Notes: generated by a model from the letters alone, not told the origin. Shown: positions 37,827-47,950, numbered from the stretch's first letter. The stretch: 61,726 nucleotides of DNA from Muribaculaceae bacterium (GCA_017453505.1 JAFTEU010000070.1:1-61726); one strand, 5' to 3'. Program-made: numbers and translations.

Positions 37827-40800
37827 TCAAACAACTGCGACGCGGCTGACGGTGTTATTGCCGGGGTCGCGTTGCACTTGTATCTGGGTGGCCACGCGCT
37901 CCTTGAGCATCTCCACGTGGCTGATGATGCCCACGCGCCTGCCGCCCATCTCATAGAGGCGGTTGAGTGTCTCCATCACGTTGTCGAGATAGGAGGGGCT
38001 GAGCGAGCCGAAGCCCTCGTCGATAAACAGCGTGTCCATGCTGAAGATCTTGCCCGACATGCTCGAGAGCGCCAGCGCCAGTGCCAGCGACACCATGAAG
38101 CTCTCGCCGCCCGATAGCGTGTTCACCGAGGTGAGTCCGCCCTGCATCCTATCACGCGCCAGGATGACGAGAGTGCCGGGATTGGCCTCGAGTTCAAAAC
38201 GGTCGTTGAACATGTGCAGGTAGCCGTTGGCACTGCCCAGCAGCTCGTTGAGGATGTAGCTCAAGGCAATCCTGCGGAAGGTCTTGCCATCGGCACTGCC
38301 CAGCAACCTGTTGAACTCGTCCCATTGCTGATAGACGGCCTCGGCCTGTTCCAATTGTTTCTTTTTCTCACCCATCTCCTGGATGTTCTTCTCGTCCTGC
38401 TCAAGTTGCTGATTGAGCATGGCGATGCGTGCCGCGAATTCCTCATAGCGCTGACGGCTGCTATTGTAGATCGAGTCAAGTTGGGCCGGATCCTCGACGG
38501 GGAACTCGGGCTTGTGGTTGTTGATGTCCTGCTGACGGCCTTTAAGGGCGGTCATCTCGCCCTCCATGCGGGTAATGGCCTCCTTGAGATTCTGGATGGC
38601 CCTGTTGATGGTGTCGATCTCGCCCTGCTTGTGCCGGTCGAGGGCAGCGAGGCGCTCGATGGTCATCGGCGCGTTGTCGGCCAGGTAGCTGTCAAGCTGC
38701 CGCCGTGCTCGGGAAGCATTGGCCGTCTCGTTGGCCAGGAGGCTGTTCCACTGGTTGAATTTATCCTTGAAGCGATGCCATTGCTCGTCGAGCGCGCGAG
38801 GCACCTTGTCGGTGCTCTTGCCGTTGTCGGTCAGCCCCGTGATGCCGGCTTTGTCGGCCTCCATGCCGGGGATGATGGCGGCGGCAATGTCGATGTCATG
38901 CCTGAGGCGCTGAGCCAGGTTCTCGTTCTCTTGGTATTGGGCCGCACGGTGTTCAAGATGGGTGACGAAGAGGCTGTCTTGAGCCATGCGCTCCTGCCAG
39001 TCGCTCATGGTGAACAAGGTGCCAAGTTGGCCGACGCAATTCTCGATGCGCTCGGTGCAGACCTTGATGGCCCTGCGCTGGCTGTTGATGCTCTCGGCCA
39101 CCTTGACCTGGTCCTGAGTAGCCGCATTGTGGGCTTTGACAAGTTGGGCGGCCTTCTTGCCCTCGGCGGTGATGCGCTTGTTCAGGCCGTCGGCTTGCAT
39201 GATGTGATGGTTGAGTTCTGCCGCTTCCTTGTCCAGCAGGGCGATAAGCTGGTCGGCGCGTTCATTGTCAATCGTCTCGTCGATCGACTTGCCGAACGGT
39301 TCCAGTCGCTGGCTGGCCGTCTCGAACTGGCGGTAGCGCAGTGATGACTTGCTGTTGAGCTCGTCTTGGGCCTTGACGATGAGTTGCTTGATGCGGTCGA
39401 TGTCGCGCTTGGCGGCGACGATGCCCAGCTCGGTGGCCTTCAAGTCCTGCTCGGCGAGTTTCTGTTTTTCGCGCAGTTCGTCGAGCACGTTCTCTCCGTT
39501 GAGCGGAAGCAGTGACTGGATGACGTTGCCGCACACGGGGCAATGGTCTCCCTCGTGTAGCGACCTGTGGGCCTGCTGGAGCAGATTGTTCCAGTCTGCC
39601 TCCCGATTGACGGCGGCGCGTGCCTGCTCGACGATGTTGACTTTGTCCTGTACTGTGGCCTGCAGCGTGTCGAGTGCCCGTTGCTCCTTGCCCAGCTCGA
39701 TGCGGTGCTCTTGCAGCGCTCTTGTGGCCAGGTACAGGGCCTCGTTGGCCGATTTGAGCTGGCTGAGTGCCTGCTTGGCCTCGGTCAGCACATCTTTCCT
39801 GCGGTTCATGCCCGTAACGTCCATGGCATCATATTCTGCTTGCAGACGTTGCACGAGGTCGGCCTGCTGCTGGCTCTCGAGCAGGGATTTCTCGACCAGT
39901 GCATCGACCTGTGGCTGGCGCTCCAGTTCCCGGTTGAGGGCTGCGGTGAAGCGCGCCACGTTGTCCTGTTCCGTCTTGCGTTGATCCAGTAGCATCTTGA
40001 TGCTCTTGATGGCCTTGTACATGGTGCTGTGTGGCGCTTCCTGCTGGAGCAGTTGCAGGGTGTCGTCAAGCCTCTGCCGCTGGTTGGCAAGGTCACCGGT
40101 GGCGGCACGCAGGGCGGCACACAGGCCGTCAAACTCGTCCTGCAAGGCTTGTTGCTGTCCCCTCAGGGACGTGATCTCGCCCTCGGCACGCAGGCATTCC
40201 CTCAGTTCCCGTCGCGGTGCTATCGTGCTCTCCCAGTCTGCGGCCAGGCGTTGGCGCTCGACGTGTTCGTCTTGCCGGGTCATTGCCCGCTTGTCGTCCA
40301 GCTCCTTGGCTTTCTTGGCGATATCGTCTTCATTCTTGGCCTTGTCGTTGAGCCATTGAATCATCTGCTTTGCTCCATCGCGCTGCTTGATGGCCTCGGC
40401 TTGTTGCTGGGTGAGCTGGGCCGCCTCGGCCGTTATCTCTTCTTTCTGCTCCGGGGAGAGTAGGGTGATGTGCTGTAGTTGCTCCTGCAGGATGTCGCGA
40501 TCGTTTTTCTTCTCTCGATAGACATCATAGATTTTCTTACCCATCTGTGTGTATATGCCCGAGCCAAGCATTTTCTCGAGCAGATTGGACTTGGCATCCT
40601 CATCACTGTTCAGGAACTCGGCAAATTTACCCTGTGCCAGTACGACGGTGCGGATAAATTGGTTGATGTCCAGGCCAGTGAGTTCGATGATGCGTTCCTT
40701 GATTTCGGTCTCTTTCTCGAGGTGCTCGGGCGAGGCGGCCCCGTCATCGGTGCACAGGGTGCGTTCGGGAGGCAGGATGCGGTGCGCGAGATTGCGGTGC

Positions 40801-41156
40801 GCGCGGTGCACGTGCCAGGTCGCGATATAGGGGTTGCCCTCGTTGTCGTCAAAGGTGAGCCTTACATCGGCACTGACCGCGCCGCGCCTCAACAGTTGCT
40901 TGGGGTCCTTGCTGCTGATGGGCTCCTTGCTCTCGTCGGAGGTGTATTGAGAGCTGTTGGTGCTCCTGGATCTGTCCAGGCGCGGGGTGCTGCCGTAGAG
41001 CGCTAGGCAGATGCAGTCGATGATGGTTGATTTTCCCGAGCCAGTCTCCCCGGTGATGAGGAACAGGCGCTCGTCCCGGAGCGGAGCGGCATCAAAGTCG
41101 ATCTCGGCGTGCTCAATCGATGCAATGTTGTCGATGGTGAGTTTCTTGAGTTTCAT
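37827..41156 (-). CDS. sbcC: SbcC/Rad50 SMC-like ATPase
   Basis: GETGSGKST Walker A, LAQG, CPVCG zinc hook, LSGGE, FIDEGFG. Confidence 0.95.
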   Translation of the reverse strand: MKLKKLTIDNIASIEHAEIDFDAAPLRDERLFLITGETGSGKSTIIDCICLALYGSTPRLDRSRSTNSSQYTSDESKEPISSKDPKQLLRRGAVSADVRLTFDDNEGNPYIATWHVHRAHRNLAHRILPPERTLCTDDGAASPEHLEKETEIKERIIELTGLDINQFIRTVVLAQGKFAEFLNSDEDAKSNLLEKMLGSGIYTQMGKKIYDVYREKKNDRDILQEQLQHITLLSPEQKEEITAEAAQLTQQQAEAIKQRDGAKQMIQWLNDKAKNEDDIAKKAKELDDKRAMTRQDEHVERQRLAADWESTIAPRRELRECLRAEGEITSLRGQQQALQDEFDGLCAALRAATGDLANQRQRLDDTLQLLQQEAPHSTMYKAIKSIKMLLDQRKTEQDNVARFTAALNRELERQPQVDALVEKSLLESQQQADLVQRLQAEYDAMDVTGMNRRKDVLTEAKQALSQLKSANEALYLATRALQEHRIELGKEQRALDTLQATVQDKVNIVEQARAAVNREADWNNLLQQAHRSLHEGDHCPVCGNVIQSLLPLNGENVLDELREKQKLAEQDLKATELGIVAAKRDIDRIKQLIVKAQDELNSKSSLRYRQFETASQRLEPFGKSIDETIDNERADQLIALLDKEAAELNHHIMQADGLNKRITAEGKKAAQLVKAHNAATQDQVKVAESINSQRRAIKVCTERIENCVGQLGTLFTMSDWQERMAQDSLFVTHLEHRAAQYQENENLAQRLRHDIDIAAAIIPGMEADKAGITGLTDNGKSTDKVPRALDEQWHRFKDKFNQWNSLLANETANASRARRQLDSYLADNAPMTIERLAALDRHKQGEIDTINRAIQNLKEAITRMEGEMTALKGRQQDINNHKPEFPVEDPAQLDSIYNSSRQRYEEFAARIAMLNQQLEQDEKNIQEMGEKKKQLEQAEAVYQQWDEFNRLLGSADGKTFRRIALSYILNELLGSANGYLHMFNDRFELEANPGTLVILARDRMQGGLTSVNTLSGGESFMVSLALALALSSMSGKIFSMDTLFIDEGFGSLSPSYLDNVMETLNRLYEMGGRRVGIISHVEMLKERVATQIQVQRDPGNNTVSRVAVV

Positions 41157-42355
41157 TGTCTGTTTTCCTCCTGTACCAGCTGGTAAATATAGTTGAACAT
41201 TTCTTCTTGCTGCCCGCTCATCTCCCGGCCATTCTTGTCGATGAAATACATCCTGGCAATCTCGATGGGCGACATGGCGTTGAATGCCTCGAGTGAGATG
41301 TTGCGGTCGCGTCGTGTCTGCGCCATGGCTGTGACAGTCTTCTTGATCTCACAGAAGCGGCATTGCTTGTCCTGCAGCGCCATGGCGGCCTGTTCCTGCG
41401 CTCCCGTGGGCAAGTAGGTGTCCACCTGGACATTGACCCTGATGTAGGACTGCTCGTTAGGATCCAGCTTCTGGAGCAACTCCAAGGCCTGTTCAAAAGG
41501 CACCGGGTCCTTGGCGGGTATGGTGTGCAGTGGCTTCAAGTTCTTGATGACCTGGGTGCTCCAGCGTGGCGTGCTGCCATGGGCATCGATCTCGACGATG
41601 CTCACCGAGTGCTCGCATTGCTCGTCAAAGCTGACGGGTATCGGCGTACCGCAATAGCGCGTGTGGTCATCCACCATCTGCGGCCGGTGGATGTGCCCCA
41701 GGGCCGCATAGTCATATCCCTGGCCCAGTGTCGAGATATCGACACACTCCATCATCATGTTCGGGTCATGGCCGGTGATATCGCTATGGCTCACTGCCAG
41801 GTGTGCCATGAGTACCACCGGGAGCCCTTGGTTGTCCTCGTTGGCGCGGTCGAGTAAGGCTTGGAAATAGGCCTGCTGGCGCTGGCTGCGCTCGATATCG
41901 GTGGCATCTGGCGCGAGCGGGAAGCTGGCAGGGTAGGCAAACGGCACGGCGGCCACGGTGCCCTTGCCGGCCACGCGGATGATGTGCCGGTCGAGGTCGG
42001 CCTTGCCGTCATTATCACGGCTGATGCCTCCCAGCACCTGTACACCGGCGAGTTCCCACAGGCGCTTGTCACTCTCGAGGCGTGCCGCGCTGTCGTGGTT
42101 GCCGGCGATGACGATGATGGCCATGCCGGGGCAAGCGTTGTGGATGTCGAGCATCGCGTCGACATAGAGGTTGACGGCTGCGCTCGACGGGGCTGCCGTG
42201 TGAAAGATGTCGCCGCTGACGAGCAGGGCATCAGGCTCATGCTGGCGCACGATGAGGGCCAACTGCCGCAGGAAGTCGCGCTGCTCCTCGCTGCGGTCGT
42301 AGCCGTAGAAGTTCTGGCCCAAGTGCCAGTCGCTGGTGTGGATGAATCTAAACAT
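41153..42355 (-). CDS. sbcD: SbcD/Mre11 nuclease
   Basis: HTSDWHLG, SGDIF, AGNHD, ALGHIH; ATGA-coupled to sbcC; TATATTTG box at 42442-42435. Confidence 0.95.
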   Translation of the reverse strand: MFRFIHTSDWHLGQNFYGYDRSEEQRDFLRQLALIVRQHEPDALLVSGDIFHTAAPSSAAVNLYVDAMLDIHNACPGMAIIVIAGNHDSAARLESDKRLWELAGVQVLGGISRDNDGKADLDRHIIRVAGKGTVAAVPFAYPASFPLAPDATDIERSQRQQAYFQALLDRANEDNQGLPVVLMAHLAVSHSDITGHDPNMMMECVDISTLGQGYDYAALGHIHRPQMVDDHTRYCGTPIPVSFDEQCEHSVSIVEIDAHGSTPRWSTQVIKNLKPLHTIPAKDPVPFEQALELLQKLDPNEQSYIRVNVQVDTYLPTGAQEQAAMALQDKQCRFCEIKKTVTAMAQTRRDRNISLEAFNAMSPIEIARMYFIDKNGREMSGQQEEMFNYIYQLVQEENRQ

Positions 42356-42506
42356 TGTTGCTAATCAGTCCTTTATTGAATGTGCTTGAGAAAAGGTCAC
42401 ACTCATTCTCTCCTAAGTCGTTTATTTGTTAAGACAAATATAGGAAAAAACACCGGAAAACGCAAATTTCCAGTGTTAATAGTTGTTAGGGGAATGATTT
42501 GGCCGG

Positions 42507-43178
42507 TCATTTGATGATTTTCATGATCTGGCGCTCGGTCGCATGAGGCAGGATGCGCTTCAAGTGTTCCATGATGCGCCCGAGCGACTCCTCGGGCGTG
42601 CGGTCACAGGTGCAGGCCTCCTTGCCTAGCAGATCCTCGGGTGTGGTGAGTAGTGCCCATCCCCAGCCATACTCGTGGCCGTGCTTGTCGCGTGGATAGA
42701 CAAAGTCCTGGGTAACAATGCGGCATGCCATCTGCAGGCGCGTTACGTAGCCGTCGAAGCGGCTGCGCATCTTGGCCCCCGTGAAGCCGCAGGCGGCACG
42801 CAACTCGCGAGTAATGAGACTGCCATGCTCACGCAGGGTCATCACAATGGCTTCCTCGATGGAGCCCTCGGCTGGAGCTGGATAGGCATGGCGGCGGTAG
42901 TTCATGAAGTCGGGCCACCAGTCCATACTGATATAGCCTGCCTTCTTGTCAAAGAACTTGCCATAGACGCAGGGACTCTCGGTCACAATCGGGCCTTTCC
43001 ACTTCCACATGGGCCAGTCCCACCCCCCGTCGTCATACACGACATAGCGGCAGTCGCTATCCACGACATCCTCGGCCGAATAGCCGCTGATGCCGCTATA
43101 GAGCAACGGGAGGAACCCGATTTCCTGAATCAGGTCCACCAATTCTGTCGCGTTATGTATCATTCCTCGCTGTAACAT
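42507..43178 (-). CDS. AlkZ-related winged-helix protein
   Basis: GFLPL, W.WKGPI, YGKFF.KAGYIS, T.LQM...I...DFVY, YGWG pattern recalled for this family. ATG 43178 or 43163. Confidence 0.6.
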   Translation of the reverse strand: MLQRGMIHNATELVDLIQEIGFLPLLYSGISGYSAEDVVDSDCRYVVYDDGGWDWPMWKWKGPIVTESPCVYGKFFDKKAGYISMDWWPDFMNYRRHAYPAPAEGSIEEAIVMTLREHGSLITRELRAACGFTGAKMRSRFDGYVTRLQMACRIVTQDFVYPRDKHGHEYGWGWALLTTPEDLLGKEACTCDRTPEESLGRIMEHLKRILPHATERQIMKIIK

Positions 43179-43182
43179 GTGA

Positions 43183-43449
43183 TTACTGTTTGTTGGGTTC
43201 TTTATCTTCTTTATTTCTCTTCTTTCGGTACAACATCGTGATGAGCAGCACGATGACGATGCCCAGGTTGACAAACATCGCTATCGATAGGGACTCGACC
43301 CACATGTAATAAGTTTCCTCGATCTGATTGTTCATGTACGGTTCAATCAGGTATTTGCCGTCAACATAGGCGTTGATCCAGAGCAGGAGGTCAAACACGA
43401 TGAGGACTATGAGTGCCGCTATTGTCAGTATGGTCTTCGTCAGTTTCAT
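43183..43449 (-). CDS. Small two-TM membrane protein
   Basis: Two hydrophobic helices; tight operonic spacing. Confidence 0.65.
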   Translation of the reverse strand: MKLTKTILTIAALIVLIVFDLLLWINAYVDGKYLIEPYMNNQIEETYYMWVESLSIAMFVNLGIVIVLLITMLYRKKRNKEDKEPNKQ

Positions 43450-43467
43450 TGTTGTGTTGTTTATTCT

Positions 43468-44661
43468 TTACGTTTTTTTCTTGTAAGTCTTGTTGAGGTA
43501 CTTCTGGAGGGCTTCGGTATTCTCGCCCTCGTAGATGTGGTTCTTGTCAAATACCGTCCAGGATACGCCCGGGACGGCGAAGTCGATTTTCTCGAATGTG
43601 GCAGGGTCGGCACCGCTGATGATCGAGTCGCGGTAGAAAACATGCCGCGCATCCTTGCCGTAGTTGAAATCGCAGCCAGACGATTGTTCTTTCCTGCCTG
43701 TGGTGAAAGAACTGCTGTATATCGGCTCAAACGACGCGGCATCGGCCCCTTGCACCAGTGTTTCCCGCCACCAGACGTGCCGCTTGTCGGCATACCAGTT
43801 GCCGTCCACGTGGTGGAACGTGTTGATGTCGGCCTCGTCAAAGGTCTGCAAGTCGTCGTTGTACAGGTGGGTGCCATCGGTAAACATGTCGCCGACCTGC
43901 TTCAGTTTGCTATAGTCCTTGACTTGGCTCGGATGCCATTCACTATAGGCCCGATACTTATCCTGACCCACGTAGAAGTCCACCTCGCGGAATGTCGCGG
44001 GGTCGGCTCCCTCAACGACGTGGCCCTGGAAATACACCTGATACTTATCGGCTGCATAGGAGCCTGAACCGTAACGGATGCTGTTGATGGGCTTGAAACT
44101 CTCATAGTCGGCCAGCGGAACCGATGCAAAGCCCATGAAATAGGCATTCTTCTTGTCCTTGGCCCACTTGGTGTCCCACCCGTCTTTGTCGCCCATGACG
44201 ACAAACGATGCCTTGTCGGCGACATGGATGGGCCGCCCGTCCCAATAGTAGTCCTTAGCGTCCTCGGTGAGGCTGCTGGTATGCACCTTGAACGTCATGG
44301 GGTCGGCTTCTGGCATGATGGTGTCGAGGTGGAACACATGCTTGGCATCCACCGCATACCACTTGCCCAGGTAACGGAACGTGGCACCATCGGCCCCCTC
44401 GATGACCTTGCCCTCGAAGAAGGCGTGGCTGGCGTCGTGGGCATATTTATCCCCCAGGTCTTCAAACGTCTTGGGGTCGGCATCCACCTTCCAGGAGCCG
44501 TGGCCGCTGCCTTCGTTCCAGTAATGATAAGTCACCGTCTTTCCGTCATTTTTATATCCCACATCACATGCGGTAAGCATCACCATGATCATGATGATGG
44601 CACAAATCCTGCCCGTGATATTTCTTGCTCGTTTCGTCATAATCCTATTGTTTTGAATCAT
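43468..44661 (-). CDS. DKNYY-repeat lipoprotein
   Basis: Lipobox LTAC; repeated GADP.TF and D(K/A)..VY units. Start 44661 (ATGA overlap with hipA) or 44640. Confidence 0.8.
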   Translation of the reverse strand: MIQNNRIMTKRARNITGRICAIIMIMVMLTACDVGYKNDGKTVTYHYWNEGSGHGSWKVDADPKTFEDLGDKYAHDASHAFFEGKVIEGADGATFRYLGKWYAVDAKHVFHLDTIMPEADPMTFKVHTSSLTEDAKDYYWDGRPIHVADKASFVVMGDKDGWDTKWAKDKKNAYFMGFASVPLADYESFKPINSIRYGSGSYAADKYQVYFQGHVVEGADPATFREVDFYVGQDKYRAYSEWHPSQVKDYSKLKQVGDMFTDGTHLYNDDLQTFDEADINTFHHVDGNWYADKRHVWWRETLVQGADAASFEPIYSSSFTTGRKEQSSGCDFNYGKDARHVFYRDSIISGADPATFEKIDFAVPGVSWTVFDKNHIYEGENTEALQKYLNKTYKKKT

Positions 44662-45806
44662 TCCTTAATCTCGTGGTGTAGCAGGCCACCTGCCGCACAT
44701 GCGCTTTTAACTTCCTGGTAAAGGTCTTGGCATCGCTGCTCCGGCATGTTGATGTGAACGCCGACTGATACCATATCCTCGAGTGAAGGGCTCCCCGTGC
44801 CGTTAACCGATGTGGCATGTTCACCATTGTAGCCCTCGGTACACCATGTCAGGTCATAGGCTGGGGCAAGATGCCACTTGTATCGTTTGGTCTCATCCTG
44901 AGTGATGATGAAACTGAAATTCTTGCAATGGTCATCTTTGTTATCAGCCATGTAGTTGAATACCATCCGTCTGAACATTTGTTCCACATCGGCCTCATTG
45001 TGCGTGAGATAGCCAGTGAGGGCGAGTAGGTTGCTGTAGTCGAGCAGAGGGGTTGAGAGCGACACGTTGAGCAATGCGCCTGCGGTGGCTGTATGAATCC
45101 TGTTCCCGTTGCTATCAATGTCAAAACGCCTTGAGGCAAAGTAGCGGTTGTTCATCAACTTGAAGTCGGGTACGTTGATGCCGCATCGTTTTGCCACCTC
45201 GTTATAGCGGTATTCCTGTATGCCCATATCTACAGGGTCGTAGGTGTGGCGGAACTTGACCAGCCAGTGGCCATCACTGTCATTGATGATGGCTTTGGGA
45301 CGAGCACCACCGCTGTTGCCGCTCTTGAACAGTAATATTTCCGCATCGGTGTCCTGCTGCTCGCGGAGCACTTCGAGCGCTTTTTCTTGCAGGGTGTCAA
45401 GGTCGGGGTCATCGGTGCCATCGGTGCCATCGGTGCCATGCTGGATGTAGTGATATGGATGATAAGTCAATGCTCCCATCCCGTTGCTGCCTACAATGCT
45501 CAGTCTATCAAGGGAAGATAAATCGGTATCCTTGATTCCGATCTTTATAAGAGCCTTATGGAGGAGATACCGGCCATAACCATCGGGTAGGCTGTCCTCA
45601 AAGATGCCGAAGTTGCCGTAGAATGGCTGTGCCTTGGCCACGAAAACCCCTTGTTGTAATGGCAATTCCAGCGGCGAAATGCTGAAGCCGTCAAGCAGCC
45701 ATGCCTTGTCATATTCAAATGCACAAAGCCTGCCGTCTGGCGTCAACGATAGTATCCCCACCGTCTGGTCATGATACTTGACTGTCAATTGCTCAACCAT
45801 TTTCAT
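44658..45806 (-). CDS. hipA: HipA-family Ser/Thr kinase toxin (module 2)
   Basis: FEY...SP..LPL, DSLPD.YG, GNSGGARPK, NKDDHCKNFSF, LAPAYD. Confidence 0.92.
   Translation of the reverse strand: MKMVEQLTVKYHDQTVGILSLTPDGRLCAFEYDKAWLLDGFSISPLELPLQQGVFVAKAQPFYGNFGIFEDSLPDGYGRYLLHKALIKIGIKDTDLSSLDRLSIVGSNGMGALTYHPYHYIQHGTDGTDGTDDPDLDTLQEKALEVLREQQDTDAEILLFKSGNSGGARPKAIINDSDGHWLVKFRHTYDPVDMGIQEYRYNEVAKRCGINVPDFKLMNNRYFASRRFDIDSNGNRIHTATAGALLNVSLSTPLLDYSNLLALTGYLTHNEADVEQMFRRMVFNYMADNKDDHCKNFSFIITQDETKRYKWHLAPAYDLTWCTEGYNGEHATSVNGTGSPSLEDMVSVGVHINMPEQRCQDLYQEVKSACAAGGLLHHEIKE
45410..45439. repeat. In-frame 9-bp tandem repeat within hipA module 2
   Basis: CATCGGTGC x3 encoding GTD-GTD-GTD. Confidence 0.85.
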
Positions 45807-46156
45807 TTTGTATCGCTATGAGCCCGTTTTTTCCCCATATTACGGCGGATGAGTGTCAATTCCTCCATCGTCGCATATTTGGGTGACTGAAAGATGTTTT
45901 TTACCTCTGGAGTATAGCCCAACTCGGTGGCGAGTGCGATGAGGTTGCTGAGCGAGATCAGCCCTTTCTGCTCAAAACGGGCAACATTGCTCGTGGGCAC
46001 CTTGGCCATCCTGGCAATCTGCTCCCGAGTCACGCCCTTCTCAATGCGGCGCTGGCGAAAGTCCCTTGCCAGTTTCATGGCAATGTCACTGGATGTCTCC
46101 ATTGTAAATGCATCAAGAACTGATAATATATTGGCAGTATTACTATCTTCCATCAT
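45803..46156 (-). CDS. XRE-family HTH antitoxin (HipB-like, module 2)
   Basis: RQRRIEKGVTREQIA...SNVARFEQKG.ISL; ATGA overlap with hipA. Confidence 0.85.
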   Translation of the reverse strand: MMEDSNTANILSVLDAFTMETSSDIAMKLARDFRQRRIEKGVTREQIARMAKVPTSNVARFEQKGLISLSNLIALATELGYTPEVKNIFQSPKYATMEELTLIRRNMGKKRAHSDTK

Positions 46157-46177
46157 TTTATTGACTAAATATTATCA

Positions 46178-46230
46178 GTTGCAAATATACAAATAATCGT
46201 TGAATTTACAACTATTATTGCTGCTTTTTT
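46178..46230 (-). promoter_or_regulatory. 53-bp direct repeat copy upstream of module 2 (promoter plus operator)
   Basis: 51/53 identical to 47898-47950; contains TATATTTG on the minus strand. Confidence 0.85.
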
Positions 46231-46251
46231 ATCACATTCTCTGTTATGAGT

Positions 46252-47532
46252 TCACAAGTGTAGCAGCAGGTTGGGTGTGATAGCCTCAATCATTGCTGGC
46301 GGCACATCGCAGTTTCGGGCAATTGTCGGCCAGTTAGCCGCCTTTTCCTGTATCTCATCGATGATCATTCGGGCATTCTTGATATTGTTGAGCGAAGCGA
46401 TGTCCAGTAAGTCCTGCCTTGTGATTTCATCAAATTTACCGTTAATGGACATTTGATGCGTAGCCGTCCATCCTCCGTTGGGATTGTAAGCATAACCGAT
46501 GTCATAGGCAGGAGACAAGCGCCACTTGCCGTCTGGGCCCATCAGGAATGAAATGTTCTTGGTGTGGTCATCCTGATTACGGATGATGACGTTAAAAACC
46601 AAGCGACGGTACATTTGTTTGGCCTCGGCATAAGATAGCCTCAACGCTCTCATTACATTGAATGCTTGCTCGTAAGAATATGCTCGATGAAGACGGTAGT
46701 CATAGTGGGCGATGCCACACAATGTCTGCATGTGGATTTTGCTATTGCCCTCGCGGTCAAACCGCTTGGTCATGAAGTGCGCTCTTCCGTTCTCCTCAAT
46801 CAGTGAGCACTCGGTCATGTCAATGCCGCAATTAATGGCTAATTTGTAGAATGAGTATTCCAGCCGCCCGTAATTCTCTGTTTCTCTAAAACCTGCTTTG
46901 GCTGAAACGCCATCTAACTTAATCAAGTAGAAATCGTAGCCTTCTGGTGCATCGACTTGGCCCGACCGCACATCGCCCGTCTTTTTGTTATAGGCGATAA
47001 TGGCCTTGGCGCGTTGTCCACCAGCCGATGTCCCTAATCGCAAGATGTCGGCTATTGCCGCTTTTTTGTCATCAGCAAGGTTGGTGTCAAAGGATGATTT
47101 GTCTGCCAGCGCTTCACGAGCAACATCAATGAGGGTCTCAATGCCAAATTGCGTCATTGCGTCATTCTGCACATTGATGGCCGGCTCAAACTCAAGAGCG
47201 CCCATGCAGCGCTTTCCCATGAAGCATAGCGATTCTATAGGATTGCTGGTGGTCTGGCCCACAACAGCAAGCCATCTGTCAAACAAGGCTCGACCATAGG
47301 TGTCGGGAAGGGAATCGGCAAGCATGCCTGGCAAGCCCTTGAAGGTTTCGTTGTCAAGGTTCGCAAAGGAATAGACGCGGCCTTCCCTCACGGGCATCAT
47401 CAGAGGGGATGGCTCCAAGCCTCGACCCACAAAGTTTTTGTCATATTCAAAGAGTGCAAGATGTCGTGTGTCATCCCAGCGGAATACTCCCACTGGCATG
47501 CCGAACATTTTCACTTGTGCTACATCTACCAT
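46252..47532 (-). CDS. hipA: HipA-family Ser/Thr kinase toxin (module 1)
   Basis: DSLPD.YG, GTSAGGQRAK, NQDDHTKNISF, LSPAYD. Confidence 0.93.
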   Translation of the reverse strand: MVDVAQVKMFGMPVGVFRWDDTRHLALFEYDKNFVGRGLEPSPLMMPVREGRVYSFANLDNETFKGLPGMLADSLPDTYGRALFDRWLAVVGQTTSNPIESLCFMGKRCMGALEFEPAINVQNDAMTQFGIETLIDVAREALADKSSFDTNLADDKKAAIADILRLGTSAGGQRAKAIIAYNKKTGDVRSGQVDAPEGYDFYLIKLDGVSAKAGFRETENYGRLEYSFYKLAINCGIDMTECSLIEENGRAHFMTKRFDREGNSKIHMQTLCGIAHYDYRLHRAYSYEQAFNVMRALRLSYAEAKQMYRRLVFNVIIRNQDDHTKNISFLMGPDGKWRLSPAYDIGYAYNPNGGWTATHQMSINGKFDEITRQDLLDIASLNNIKNARMIIDEIQEKAANWPTIARNCDVPPAMIEAITPNLLLHL

Positions 47533-47873
47533 GATGATTCCTCCTTGTTAATGTGGAAGATTTCTCCTGTTGCACGCTTGCGCTGATGGGATTCGGCCTT
47601 ATGAACCATTTCGTAGTACTCACCCGGTGTCAACGGTTCGGACTCGACCAGTGGCAACAGCACATCGAGTTGACCTAGCGTGCGCATGATCCTGATGAGA
47701 GAATCAAATGAACGGATTTCACCCTTCTCAATATTCTTGATGGTGGATAAGGACACATCAGTCGCTTCCGATAGGCTCTGCTGGGTAATGTTCTGTCTCA
47801 GCCTGATAGATTTTAATTTGCTTCCGATTCTGGCAAGAATGGAATTGTCAGTGAGCATATATATATCATCCAT
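47526..47873 (-). CDS. XRE-family HTH antitoxin (HipB-like, module 1)
   Basis: IRLRQNITQQSLS...VSLSTIKNIEKG; overlaps hipA by 7 nt. Confidence 0.85.
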   Translation of the reverse strand: MDDIYMLTDNSILARIGSKLKSIRLRQNITQQSLSEATDVSLSTIKNIEKGEIRSFDSLIRIMRTLGQLDVLLPLVESEPLTPGEYYEMVHKAESHQRKRATGEIFHINKEESSW

Positions 47874-47897
47874 AACAGTTGTATTTTAAACTATTAG

Positions 47898-47950
47898 GTT
47901 GCAAATATACAAATAATAGTTGAATTTACAACTATTATTGCTACTTTTTT
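47898..47950 (-). promoter_or_regulatory. 53-bp direct repeat copy upstream of module 1 (promoter plus palindromic operator)
   Basis: Perfect AATAATAGTTG-N6-CAACTATTATT at 47912-47939 next to TATATTTG. Confidence 0.85.
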
